DNA of 64,000 bases from the human T2T-CHM13v2.0 reference genome, Homo sapiens (GCF_009914755.1 NC_060939.1), one strand, 5' to 3'. Shown: positions 28,698-43,155, numbered from the stretch's first letter. Numbers and translations: made by a program. The notes: generated by a model not told the origin, from the sequence alone.

Positions 28698-29075
28698 TCA
28701 CTCTTTCAACAAGTATCTCCTGAGTGCCGGCTCTGTCCTAGACACTAGGGATACAGTAGGGGAAGCCAACATGGTAACTGTGCTGGCAGAGTTCACTTTC
28801 TAGTGGGAGGAGTGAACAGCTGTAAAAGCACCAGTTAATAGGAAAGAAATATTTGATAGTGTGAAATATGACAAAAATTAAATCAAGGAATAGGACAGAG
28901 AGTGACTGAGGGGTTACTTCTATGTGGCCAAGGAAAAAAGAACTCTCTGAGGAAGGGGCATTTAAACCAAGAACAGAACGACAAGAAAGGCACAGTCATA
29001 CAAAGATCCAGGCAAGAGTCGGCTGAGGTGGGCAGGAGGAAAGAAGACAGTCCTAGAGTGGAGACAGCCAACTTC
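28698..29075 (-). mobile_element. L2 3' fragment
   Basis: tcaacaagtatctcctgagtgcc...ctagggatacagtag...ctctctgaggaaggggcattt. Confidence 0.8.
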
Positions 29076-29955
29076 AAACAGAGCGTGGCCCACGGGGGCA
29101 GCCATGAACAGGCAGGGCAGCTGGGGAGCTGGTGGCCACCAAATGAGCTCCTTTCTCTGCCAGGCTGTTGAGGCGGGCTGACTGGTTTCATGTCTGTCTT
29201 TCAATAGAATGAATGGGAGGGAAATAGAAACCATGTCCACATGACATTAGTACCTGCATCTAGGAAGGAGGACTTAGTCCCAGGAAGGCTGGCCCTCCCA
29301 TCTGGCCACCCTGAGAGGTTTCAGTTCCCTTCTGGTTCATGTGCCAAGCTTACCTGTCAGCTTTCACCTCCCAAGGGATGCAGCGTCAGTGTGTTGAAGC
29401 TGCAGCATATGAACCAATAAAGCTACCTCTGAGTAACATGGAAGCAAGGTAGGAAGGCAAAAACCACATCCCACTGTGATATCATCAGCCATATTTCTTC
29501 CACATGGCAAGTTTTATTTTGTTTAATTTAACAATAAAGTCATTATATTAACTCGATTCAATAGAAGCAGCAGGGGGATTTCTCCTAATTTAATCGTGGG
29601 CTTTGGGGCGTCTTGCTCAGTGTTAAAACAATACCATATAAAAATATTAAAGGGATTGTATTATATTGAAAAAAATATGTTAGCGTCTCCAAATGCAGCC
29701 TACCTTTAATTTAGAAACTAGTCAGCCTACTTTTTACTTTATCCGAAGTGTCATCTAGTCAAGAGGGCCAATCTCTGCAAGCAAATCATGCCGCTTTAGG
29801 GTTTAAACTCCGCAAAGTGAGCATTTCATCCATGGAGGTGATGCTCCAATTTGAAGAGTTATTAGATACACCCAGCCAGGGAATATAAATAACTTGAGCT
29901 TACCAGTGTCACAGAACTGGTTTTCTGTAAGTCACTTGAAAATACAAGGACATAG

Positions 29956-30269
<314 letters not shown>

Positions 30270-31314
30270 GAAAATACAAAGACATAACCAACATTCTGTA
30301 TCAATCTATGTATCCATTATATAGGCTATATAGTATGCAGTTTAAAACGAAAAGTAGTTCCTAACAATTAACCGTTATAAGAAATAATCTCCAAGCCTTT
30401 TAGAAGTCTTGAAGGACTGAAGAGACTATGTAATCTGCTGATTTAGTGATTTGAAATCTGGGGATTCCAAATTCACACACACATATACACACACACAATG
30501 GCTAGAGACCAAACAATGTTTTTTGTTCTCAGCTGGCAAAATGAATTAACAAATTCATTAATTAGGATGCTGTTTATGCTTGTACTGAATATATATGAAT
30601 GCAGGCCCACTCAAGGATTCCAGCTGGGAGATGCCAACTTTTGAAATTCAAAGACAAACTAGATTTATCTTTGGTGCCTTCATAAGCTTATTGTAGTCAC
30701 ACTGACCATGTGGGTTTGTGTGTCTAAGTGAGGCCTGTGAATATTTATTTAACCAAGCAAGTTTTAAAGTCTATTTCATGTCCTTTCAACTACAAAATGC
30801 AAAACAAAAAGCTAGCCATGGGTGGTGGGAAGACAGAAGAAATTATCTTTATACAGGACTGCTTTTAGAAGAAGAAAGAAGTGGCTGAAATCTGGGGAAA
30901 GGTACAGATAATAGCTGTGATTCACTCCAGCCGTAGCTAACAAGGCCTTGTGCTTTTCCTGGTGGGAAGCAGATGGGAAGGATCTGGAACAGGGAGAACG
31001 AGTAGGGAAAGGAATAAGCCTTGGATACACCGCTGTTTCCCTGTCTCTCTCTCACATGGTCTTTCTCTCTCTCCCTCTCTATGAGAAATCTTTTTTCATG
31101 GCCCAAAAAAAAAAATGTTTGAGGAACAAAACAAGATCCCATTGTGGAGGGACTAAAGACACGCCACAGGGAGCTTCTGTCACACGGTTCAGATCCCAGA
31201 GTGAAGGGGAGTCAGACAAGAGGAGGTTTCAACTCTTGAAATCTTTGTCATGCATTTGCTTTCTTTATTGACAGTACTTACTTCTTGTCATGGAAAAGTG
31301 TAATTTGCCAAAAA

Positions 31315-31400
31315 GGGGGCAGTGGGGAGAGGGGAGGAGTAGAAAGAAATGGGGAGAGAGAGGAGAGAGAAGAGAGAGGGAGAGAGAAAGAGAGAGAGAC
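31315..31400. repeat. GA-rich low-complexity polypurine tract
   Basis: ggggagagagaggagagagaagagagagggagagagaaagagagagagac. Confidence 0.85.
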
Positions 31401-31889
31401 AGACTAATACGTACAATACAAATAATACAGCAAGAGGAAGCATCCTATTATAGAATTCTTTATGCTTAAAATGGAGTCTGAATGTTTTTTTTTTTTTCAT
31501 CTAAAAATAAGCCTGCGACCTTTTGCATTTTTCAGGCCATAAGTATTTCTGCAAGGTCCAGAGTCCCAAGGCACATGGGGGCAGAGTGAGGGCTGTCTGG
31601 TCCAGGTCCCCGGAGCTAAGAAGTATACCTGTCAGAGAAGCAGCAGCCAGGTTGAAAGAGAAGAAATCCACAGAGGCCTGGGAGGGTACTCTGAACCCCC
31701 ACTTCCTCTGTCAGTTATTGATTAAACCTCTTACACATACACACCCGTTCTAGGGAAGCTGAACTTTAATTTTATGCCTCCTGCAGAAAACAGAGATGGA
31801 TACAGACATGGGTCCGGGAGTAAATAACACTCAGCAACATAAGAAGAACACACACCTGCAAACGTTGCCACGGTTAGATTTTTTAAAGT

Positions 31890-32680
<791 letters not shown>

Positions 32681-32744
32681 TCTCTCTCTCTTTCTCTATA
32701 ATATGTATATATACATACACACACATATATGTATTATCCATATC

Positions 32745-32925
32745 CATACAATGCTTATGTTCTAAGCGTATAGCTAAATGTACTTGCATTACTTAACACT
32801 CACAACAACACAATAAAGTATACACTATTATTGTGGCCTTTTCACAAATGAAGAAACTGGAAAATGAGAGAATGAAAACCTAAACTCAGGTGTAGTCCAG
32901 TCTAAACTATATAAACTTCCTCTCT
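32745..32925 (-). mobile_element. MIR fragment
   Basis: ttaacactcacaacaac...ttttcacaaatgaagaaactg. Confidence 0.65.
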
Positions 32926-33011
32926 TGGCCATGAGTAGGAGTGTGCGTATGTCTGTGTATGTGTGTACATGTGCCTTCCTCATGAATACAGATACTCTGA
33001 AATGTTCATAG

Positions 33012-33371
<360 letters not shown>

Positions 33372-34789
33372 GTAATATTTTTTTTTTATTGTTTTGTGCT
33401 GTGTGTTTCATGATTTCTACAGTGACCATGTATTTCTTTTGCAACTAAGAAAAAACTGCAATTAGCTTCTCTTTTGAGATGTTATTCTGATTATGATTAT
33501 CTTCTGACTCGTTGGAACTCAGAAGGTGTCAAGAAGAGGGAGAAAGTAACTAACAGATAATTTTCCCCTGGGTGTACTCTGAAGCCCAGGAACAGCCACT
33601 GGGAAAAGTCTGCCCATGTGCCCTGGGAAAGGTCACTTGACTCCATGAAGTGACAAATAAAAGTGATAATGCATGTGTTAATAAAAACACCTGCTGCACA
33701 CAATCCATGCTGTTGCTCCTTCCTCTGCCAGCCTCTGAAAGACACCAATTCCAGCAGTGGTATTCTCCAGACTCCCCATCAGACACAGTTGGAATTTTCT
33801 CAGGAAAGACCATGAACTTACAATCAAAGGGAAATACATTCTGCCTGAAGAATGCATTATCAGTGCTCACTAGATGCAACTGACTGTCCCTACTCTCGTA
33901 AGTTCTAACTCCCTTTGAATTATTGTCCTTGGTTTTTGGAGCTTATTTCTATCTCTATTACAGGGGTTTTCAAACTAGAAAATGTATCCTCTTGAAGTGT
34001 CACAAAAATCCTTCCTAGAATTATATGGACATAGATAATTCTAAGGAAATTAAATTCCAGAATCTCAATTTCCCGGAGTCTTTCCTAAATGTGTCTGATA
34101 ATGCATTTGTGGTTAAGAGGTCATGCCAGTTTACTCATCTCTCCATTTACAAGCTTGCTTCTCTTACCTTCAAGCAGAAAGACATAATTTTCACCTATGG
34201 CAAATCTATTATAACTGCCTGTCCAGGGCTATGAACACCATTGGAGTTCTTGCCCCAGAAAGGACCAATTTGATATAGGGGTTAAAAGTAAGCCTTCTAT
34301 AACCAAGACATTATAAATCCAAGGTAGGTGGTTGGTTGTTTTGGGTGTATAATTCAGAGGTTCAAAATGGAAATGACCTTGCTCTAATGAAACTCTGTTC
34401 CCATCACATAATTGATAGGCAATGTTTCTCACCATTTATATGATACGGACTAAAACAAGGAATGGAATTGATATTGAACCCTTGGCAAAAATAACATTCA
34501 TCCATAGGTAAAAAAACTAATTGGAAATAAAGAACCATCCATCTCATTAAGAAATATATTTCTAATAGACATTAACTTCTATATTTAATAATTGTTTATT
34601 GAAATGTTCAATACGTTTGTGTTGTTTTGATCAAATTTGTTCTAAAAATCACTGTAATGATAAATCAATCTAGAAGATTTAAAAAATTACCTATACCTTT
34701 ACGGTCATAGGATTTAAAAAATTTATTTACACATATTTTTATTACAAAGGATTATGACAGCATGATCAATGAAAGATTTTTAAGCATAA

Positions 34790-35030
34790 AAATATATAAC
34801 ATTAGGCTAATGTTATATAGGCTAATATTATATATTTTATATAACATTAGCCTAATGTTATATATTATATATAACATTAGGCTGTTATATATTTAACATT
34901 AGGCTGTTACATATATAAAAAATATTACATATTTATATATATAACATTAGCCTAATGTTATATAAAATATATAACATTAGGATAAAATTAGGATAATAGA
35001 AATTATCCTAATAGAAAATTAGGATAAAAG
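34790..35030. repeat. AT-rich palindromic repeat array
   Basis: TATATAACATTAG-(G/C)-CTAATGTTATATA at 34793, 34838 and 34938, plus partial units. Confidence 0.95.
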
Positions 35031-35296
35031 AAAAAAGATGTAGAAGTTTTGGGTATCAAAAAAGAGCTTGTTCGTGTATTTCTTTAAAAAATGAATGACA
35101 GCAAACATTTACACCAAAATAGTATTTAGATTTCACTAGATACATTTCAAAAGTGACAAGTTTTATTTTTAAATGTAAATATTTATAAAATGCCAGAAAT
35201 TAAATCCTCTGCTATTGAACTATTTAAACTTATGATAAAAAAAATTTAAATGTCAAATTTTGGATAAACATGTGGAGGTATAAAGAATTTCAAAAT

Positions 35297-35305
35297 TCTC
35301 TCTCT

Positions 35306-35345
<40 letters not shown>
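35297..35345. repeat. Compound (TC)n(TG)n microsatellite
   Basis: Read directly from the sequence. Confidence 0.95.
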
Positions 35346-35347
<2 letters not shown>

Positions 35348-36029
35348 TAAATGAACGACAAAAAATGAAACCCACTGTCTAATGCATCTCATGACTATTC
35401 TTTTTCCTCCATGGGACCCAAGAATTTACTTTATTGGGTTTAAGGGGGCTAATGAAAATATTTGATTTAGCTCTCTAAAGAGATCTGGCCATATTCCAGC
35501 TGCACCCACAAGCCAGGTATATCAGCTGGGTCTCTCGAGCAGGTGATCAAGAACGCATGAACAGGAATGAGCACAGGTCAGCCCTGAGGAAGAGGGTCAT
35601 GTCTGATACTGGGCTGTTCCCTGAGGGGTGGAATCAATTTGACTCACAGAAGGAAAGGAAAACTAAACTTTCCACCTGTGACTTATAACTACAATCAGGT
35701 CATTTATGCTATCATTTCCAAGAATGGAAGAAATCCTATGGAAAAAAATGCGCATGTAGATGGAATTCTTTTCCTTTGTACACATTTGACTTACCCCTTT
35801 TTAATGCCTTTTACTTGATTCCATTAGAAAAAAAAATCCACAACTGAGTACACTATGCTTTAGAAAAGCTGCATACATATACCCACTCTCAAACAATGAA
35901 AATGACTTGGAAATTAATGATGTTGATGTAGAAAAATTGCAGGAACAGGCATACTGCTTTTCTTCCTCTCTGCTGACTCTGACCAAGGGCAACTCCAAGG
36001 ATAGAAAGTTATCCATTTGATGAAATTAG

Positions 36030-36210
36030 AAAGACACGGGGCATAGAAAGGGTCAGGTCCAGCCACTTACCACCTCTGATAGGATAAACATCCTATCAGA
36101 GTCTCGGTTTCCTTATCTTTAAGGTGGACTTTAAAACAGACACCTTGCCTACTGCTTCACAAGACTGCTGTGAGTAGCAAATACAAATGCGAATCTGAAA
36201 GAATGTCATA
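36030..36210 (+). mobile_element. MIR (MIRc-like)
   Basis: ccagccacttacca...gagtctcggtttccttatctttaag...cttcacaagactgctgtgag. Confidence 0.7.
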
Positions 36211-37570
36211 TGCCATTAGTGATTCATCACTTTGAGTATTAACAGCTCTTCAATGCCATCGCTGTTAGAAGAAGAAACTTGGTGTTCTCCATCCCCTTCT
36301 TGGTCCTGATGCTGCCTTTCTTTCCCTATAAAAGTAGCCCATTCCGGGGGAGGGATGGGTAGGAAAGTTGCCATTGATTTTATTAAGATAGAGTAAAAAT
36401 TTATTATAGGAAGGATGCACATTTCAACAAAAGCTTAGGGCTTGCAGCCCTCGTTTCACTCTAATGAAAGAAACTGCCACAACTCTGGGCATAGTCCTAT
36501 GCTTAAACAACTGTGTTTAGCTTGGTGGAAATACACCAAGATGAAAGATGTCCACCTTGATTCATCCGTACGATACAGGAAAGAAAATCTGGCAAATTAG
36601 AAAGACATGGGGCATAGACTGTCTATTTATACCTATAAGGTCAAGACTAATCTTTAATTTTAATTCAGATAGATCGTCTTAATGAAGCTGTTAACAACAG
36701 TGAGAAATGGAAACATCTGATTTGTCTTGACTACGCTTAGACCTCACAAATCTTGAACTACAATCCACAGAATCAAGATCACTTAACACTTACTTAAACT
36801 GATTTCTGTAAGTAATGTCAAAGCTCTATCCTGAGGTAAAATATTATTAGTCCTGACATGATTAACCTGGGCAATTGACACATAAAAAGGATCTTAATCC
36901 ATTAATTTGCTAATTGGTGTTCATTACTTTGGACATGGGCTTCGACATGTCAGCCTAGTGTTCATCTGTAGGAAATAAAGACCCAAACAGGGTATGCAAC
37001 TGTGCAGATCTGACTGCAGCTTGGAAAAAAAATTGGAGTCTTCAAATTCTCTGAACATGAAAATGAAAAACACAACTAATAAACAGTTGTGTTGCCTTTT
37101 CTTCTTTGCCCCCAACTGTACTGCTTCATTTTTAACATATGTTTAACTGCTATTTTTTATTAAACTCATATTTAGGCAGGGAGGAACAAGCTTACCACAT
37201 ATGCTTTGGGTTATATGCTAACTATTCCTTGTCAGATGGTGAGTTAAAAAGAAAGACACTGGAAGAGTAGAATTAAATGTAAATCTGCCTTATGAAAATC
37301 CCTAGCTTTTGAGAGGAAACACTTCTATTTGAGAGAATTTGGGACAGGTAATTTTTCAGGGCCCCCTGGGACTTGAATCTAATACTATCATACAGAGGTT
37401 CTGTTTCAGGTAGAGTCATCTTGAGTCCCATCTGAGATGTCCCTGAAGTGCTAAAAATCATCCCTTTAAGAATCCATATCTAAGACGGTCCATATCCTAG
37501 ACCCTATTCTTGGCTTATAAAGTTGTAGTGAAAATTAGTGACCTTGGTCATATTAGGACTTAGTTGCAAG

Positions 37571-37817
37571 TACTCTCTATCGAAGAAACAAAAGGCTGAG
37601 AGATCGATCACCTGGTCTGGCCAATTGTATGAATGCACAGGCATACAATCCAAACATCCCAGGGGTGTGGAGCTTCCATTCACCAGAACTGACCAGGAAG
37701 GGGAGTGTTCACTAGCAGATTATAGAAAACATGATTTTAATGTGCCCTCTCTTCAATATTTACTGTGATCCCTTGTGCCTCAGTTTTCCTACCTCTGAAA
37801 TGGAAATAAAAACATCA
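37571..37817 (+). repeat. Derived copy of 39033-39277, bracketed by an exact 24-bp direct repeat
   Basis: About 90% identical to 39033-39277; GTCATATTAGGACTTAGTTGCAAG at 37547-37570 and 37823-37846. Confidence 0.95.
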
Positions 37818-38084
37818 ACGAAGTCATATTAGGACTTAGTTGCAAGGGGGTGCTGTGTTATGCCCAGTGGACAATAAGAACATTGCATGACTTTAGAACC
37901 TGGAGATGAGGACTGTTGGCTGGGAGTACTCAAATAAATTTACTCCCTCAGGTTCTTCCCTCCTATTTCTACTTACATCAATGAGCCTGGTTCCTTGGTT
38001 CTGTTCTGCTGTTATTCCAAAACTCTCAGATTCCATGCATATATATTGATTAAGCCAAGCACATTTCAACTACATCATGTCACC

Positions 38085-38230
38085 TAAACATCGTGTAAGG
38101 CTTATATGATTATTACTTCATGATATAAAAAGATTCTGATGAAGTCAAGTGCGAAGGCAAAGGTCATTTAAGCAAAGGCAGAGGTAGGAACTGAACCCAT
38201 ATCTTCTGATTCCAAATCCAGCTTTCCTCC
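38085..38230 (-). mobile_element. MIR fragment
   Basis: ggcaaaggtcatttaagcaaaggcagaggtaggaactgaacccatatcttctgattccaaatcc. Confidence 0.65.
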
Positions 38231-39032
38231 CACCCCCCTCATTCAACTGCACACACTTCTGGCTTCTTGTCATTTCCTTCCTCTCTCCATTTTGTATTTC
38301 TTTCCTTTTCCTCCACCATCTGCATCTTCTGCATTCTCTTCCTTGATCCATTCTCTCATGAGATCCATTATCTCATCACTCAATCTGTTTCTCTTCTATA
38401 GAACTGCTATTAAAGTTCCTGAATTCTAAGACAATTTTCTTAGAAGGATAGAAATGTGGGAAGGAACTCTAATAATGATATCCTAAAACTAATGATGTTA
38501 GGACTAATAAAATGACAAAAGTTTTGCTTTTGTTGTTTGATTTTAAATGTATAAATCTCACTTTAGGTATCTGTGAGCATAGTTGGCTTGAAAAAACAAA
38601 ACAAAACAACAACCTGTAATCCAAAGAGGAAACACAGTGCCGTTTCCTTTGATTTTCTCAAGGGAGATATTGGCAAAATACTCTCATGGAAAGCGTATCT
38701 GCAAAAGCTTTCCTACGCATTAAAAAAAAAAGGAACATAAAAAGTATTAGCTATTTGACACTCATAAAGCAGACTGAATTACTCTAGGCATTGCTGGGTA
38801 CCTGGCATTTACTACAGTCACTTGAGCTATTTTGATTTATGAGGGTTTAGCCCTCAAGCAGGTTAGGTTTAACTAAACTTGCTACCAAGTGCCCACTTAA
38901 GGATTCTTTCAGCAAACAAGAAGAAATATTCTTCACTTAGAGTTCATGCCACCAAGCCTCAAGCTTCACTAGTAATGAGGCACTCATTTCCAGAGAGCTT
39001 GCGCTCTGTTTTCTCCACAGCTTCCCTCAATT

Positions 39033-39277
39033 TACATCTCTATCAAAGAAACAAAGAGCTGAGAGATCACCTGGTCTGGCCAATTGCATGAAATGCATGG
39101 GCATGCAATACAAACATCCCAGGGCTGTGGAGCTTCCGTTCACCAAAACTGACCAGGAAGGGGGGTGTTCACTAGCAGATTATAGAAAACATGATTTTGA
39201 TGTGCCCTCTCTCCAATATTTACTGTGAGGCTCTGTGCCTCAGTTTTCCTACCTCTGAAATGGAAATAAAAACATCA
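39033..39277 (+). repeat. Source copy of the dispersed ~245-bp duplication
   Basis: The MIR at its end continues uninterrupted here, but is cut in the 37571 copy. Confidence 0.93.
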
Positions 39278-39385
39278 CCTATCTCATAAGATTGTTTGGA
39301 GGATTAAATGAATTAATTCAAGCATAGCATGTAAAACATGTGCTAGAAGATGATATTAAGTATGCAGTAAATTTAGCTAATACTA
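39230..39385 (+). mobile_element. MIR 3' half
   Basis: ctctgtgcctcagttttcct...cctatctcataagattgtttggaggattaaatga. Confidence 0.85.
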
Positions 39386-39745
39386 TCAACGCTTTCCCAA
39401 TTTGTTCCTATAGGGCACCCAAATTGGTACAGTAATCTTTGCTGACAACCTTCCTCCCCATCACAAGTCTCACAAACACTAACTTGTTCCTCTTGCCTTA
39501 TTCTCTCTCAATCCTACCCTTTGCTAGTCAAAATTAAGTTCTAACAAGACAACTGGACAGATGAATTTGTAAGCCACCTAAGGTATTTTCTCTCCCAGGG
39601 AAAGGAAAACTATAATTCAAACAAAATTCATGTCTCAGAAAGATTCTTAAGCAATCACTTTAATAATAGACTTGTAGGTTAGCAGATAAATGTTTTTTTG
39701 ATCAAATATCCTTTCTCAAGTGCCTGGCAAACATTGTTTCACTAA

Positions 39746-40058
<313 letters not shown>

Positions 40059-40234
40059 TAACTTCTTGATTCATCTGCTCCCAATTTTAATTACAATCAC
40101 AGGCAAATGGTATCTTGGGATGACAAACTTCCCTGAAATCTTTCTGGGTACATGTCTTCAATTTACTTCATGGAGCACCAAACTATAACCACAGAAAGTG
40201 AATTCTCGTTCCAGACACATTGTTTATTCATTCA

Positions 40235-40600
40235 GTTGCATAGGATAAGTCACTTTACTTTTCTGAGCCTCAATTTTCTCATCTGAATAATGGAAACGAT
40301 AATATGTATTCACATAACCACAGCTTGAGAACCAAATCCAGCTCGTCACATCTTCTTGTAAATAGAGTTTTATTGGATCACAGTCATGCCCATTTGTTTA
40401 TGAACTGCCTCTGGCTGCTTTTGTTGCGGAGTTGTGACAGAGACCGCATGGCCCATAAAGCCAAACATATTTAACTATCTAGCCCTTTACAGAAAAGTTT
40501 GCTGACTTCTGCTCCGGATGACTGCTGTGAGAAACCAGTAAGACAACTGACAGGGAAGTGCTTTGTTACCTGCAAATACTGATGTAAAATGTCAATCTTT
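40235..40600 (+). mobile_element. MIR split by MER58A
   Basis: ttctgagcctcaattttctcatctg before the insert; ctgctgtgaga...gaagtgctttgt after it. Confidence 0.7.
40321..40511. mobile_element. MER58A-like (hAT-Charlie)
   Basis: gtaaatagagttttattggatcacagtcatgcccatttgttta...ccctttacagaaaagtttgctgac. Confidence 0.88.
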
Positions 40601-40864
40601 ATTATTGCCTTTTAGATGTCTACAGGATTAGTGTGTCGCTCACCCTGTAGCTGCATTCTTCCTAGCTAAGCAATCCCAAACACCTTGAGCCTGTTACCTA
40701 TTAGGCCAATTTAAAAAATTTCTCTTGTTGCCTTTGTTGTTGGGTGGGGTATTTTTGGACTTGCTCCAGTTTCTCCTATTCATTTTTCTTTTAAATTTTA
40801 ATTAATGTATAGTATACTGGAAAGGTTATTATCTGGTTCTCAAGTAAAGTCTCAGTTACTATAG

Positions 40865-41183
<319 letters not shown>

Positions 41184-41234
41184 GGGTTGGCTTTTTAAAT
41201 AACAGCTCTGTAATGAAGTACTCTTGGTCAAGTA

Positions 41235-41440
41235 GATACAGCAGGATCCAAAACCAGTTAAATCACTAACTGTGAACATTTGAGCAAATTATTTACCCTC
41301 TCTCGGCCTCAGCTTCCACATCTATAAAATGAGAGCACAAATTATACACAGCTTTGAGAGTTACTGTTGAGATTATTACAGTGTATTTGTAAGCAAGCTG
41401 ACTTATGCAAAATGCCTGGCACATAGTAGGTCCTTAGACA
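41235..41440 (+). mobile_element. MIR
   Basis: tgagcaaattatttaccctctctcggcctcagcttccacatctataaaatg...tgcctggcacatagtagg. Confidence 0.85.
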
Positions 41441-42644
41441 AGGCTGCGGATGTGGCTTCCTCATGTCCTTGACAGAGAGACACTTTTCCATCACAATCAT
41501 GCCCAGATGATTTTAAAATTGTGAGTCCATCTATTAGGCATAAGTATCCTACCTTACATTTGTCCCTATTGAACTTCAACTTGCTTTTGATTTATTGAGG
41601 TCACTTTGACTTCTATTCCTGTCTTCTAAGGAGTTAGAATTTATGCTCTTCTGAATTTGTATTCTGTGAACCTCATTTCCAAAGGATGAAAGAATAAGAG
41701 AAAATACAGGTTAACTAGGGTCATAAGGCTAGCTGTCTAAGGCAAAATTAAGTGTAGATTTGACACAATTATTCAAAACCCAATATGACAAAATGTTTTG
41801 GCTGTAACTATCTAAGCCTTAAGAAAAAAAATACATTTTCCTATCAATTTTTCACTTCACACTGCTAACACAGACGAAGCCAAAGGGGTAGAAAGACAAA
41901 TGGGTGGTCAAAATTAACAGCATGCTTAGGGAACAAGGAATAGGGAACCTGCGACTTTCCTCCCTGGCAAGCTCTCCCTGATTTTTAAATGCTTCTGCCT
42001 TACCAAGGTTTGTTTTGAGAGTGTTTTTAATCTGAGATATTTTATCTGCTAAAACCTTATTTTTTCTGCTCCATTTTCTGCATTTTCCTCCAGCATCTTT
42101 GATTCTCAGCATTTACAGCAAGCACCGGATCTCTCCTATAGCCCGAAGCTCGTTAAACTACCGCAAAATAAGATATAAGCACCTCATTAATTACCATCAG
42201 CAAGAGAATTAGTGTGCCTATCAATAAATATTAAAGTTGCACATTCTATCTCTAAAGAATGAACTTGCCATGCACAGGTACTGGATGCCTTCCCACCTGA
42301 GACAGATCTCAATCACAGAAGACAAGGAAAGCCCTGGCGGCAGATTCTATTTTAATCCAAGGATTTGGGGAGGGACTTTCCTGCCAACTAAGGATTAGTT
42401 CTTTTCCTTAGAGCCTTGTGACTTTGAAAACCAGCTAAAAATGCATATCAAAATGTAAAATGCCTAAATCAGCATTGTGGGAATCATTTAAAATATACTG
42501 ACAAAGCTGCTCTTATAAGTTGAGATATTAATTCAAAATTTTTAAGTAAAAAAAATTAATTACATTGAAATACACAAAAAAAAATGTTTGGAAGAAAGGC
42601 CTTTTGCTCACCTGCAATTTCTAATTTTCCAATAACACAATAAT

Positions 42645-42815
42645 TATACTAGTTCATATTTATTGAAGTTATTATGTAGAAGACGCTGTATTGAGAAGCG
42701 TAGGTGCTCATCTGTTCACCACCACAATGCCATGAAGTCTGTGCTATTATTATTTTACTCACCAAAAATGTGGGGCTTAAAGAGATTGAGCAACTTGCTA
42801 TAGATCACAGATCTG
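42645..42815 (-). mobile_element. MIR
   Basis: catatttattga...ggcttaaagagattgagcaacttgctatagatcacag. Confidence 0.7.
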
Positions 42816-42869
42816 TTTTTAAAAATCAGCTGCATACATGGGGGAAAGAACACCAAACAATTCTAAGAA

Positions 42870-43155
42870 TATGCTCCAAATGATACAAAATTATATACCT
42901 GTAAAAGAGCTTATTGCAGTCTTAGGTTGCATTAATTGAAGAAGATGGTCCAGGAAAAAGGAGGTAATGACCTTGCCCAAATCCTTGGACCTCAGAATTC
43001 CTCCAGGGGTCTGTTTTCAGTATGATGAACACAGTTTACGTGGAATATGGATAAACCAGGGGGAACGTGGCCAAGACGACCGGAGGGCTTGAGTCATGAT
43101 ATCGGAGAGATGACTGCAGGAACTAGCAGTGGCAGCCTGGAAACAGAAGAGTATC
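42870..43155 (+). mobile_element. L3/CR1 ORF2 fragment
   Basis: gcagtcttaggttgcattaattgaag...ggaggtaatg...gcaggaactagc...agcctggaaacagaaga. Confidence 0.7.

Larger units (their letters stand above)
33961..35377 (+). mobile_element. hAT-Charlie DNA transposon fossil with transposase C-terminal remnant
   Basis: Left end CAGGGGTTTTCAAACT and right end tgaaacccactg; RTKTRNGIDIEP (34446-34481) and KNHPSH* (34530-34550) resemble the hAT dimerization-domain end. Confidence 0.7.

Noticed and set aside
36216-36422. Purine-rich minus-strand exon-like stretch after ttttatAG
   Set aside because: Weak pyrimidine tract, no convincing donor and no recognised peptide.
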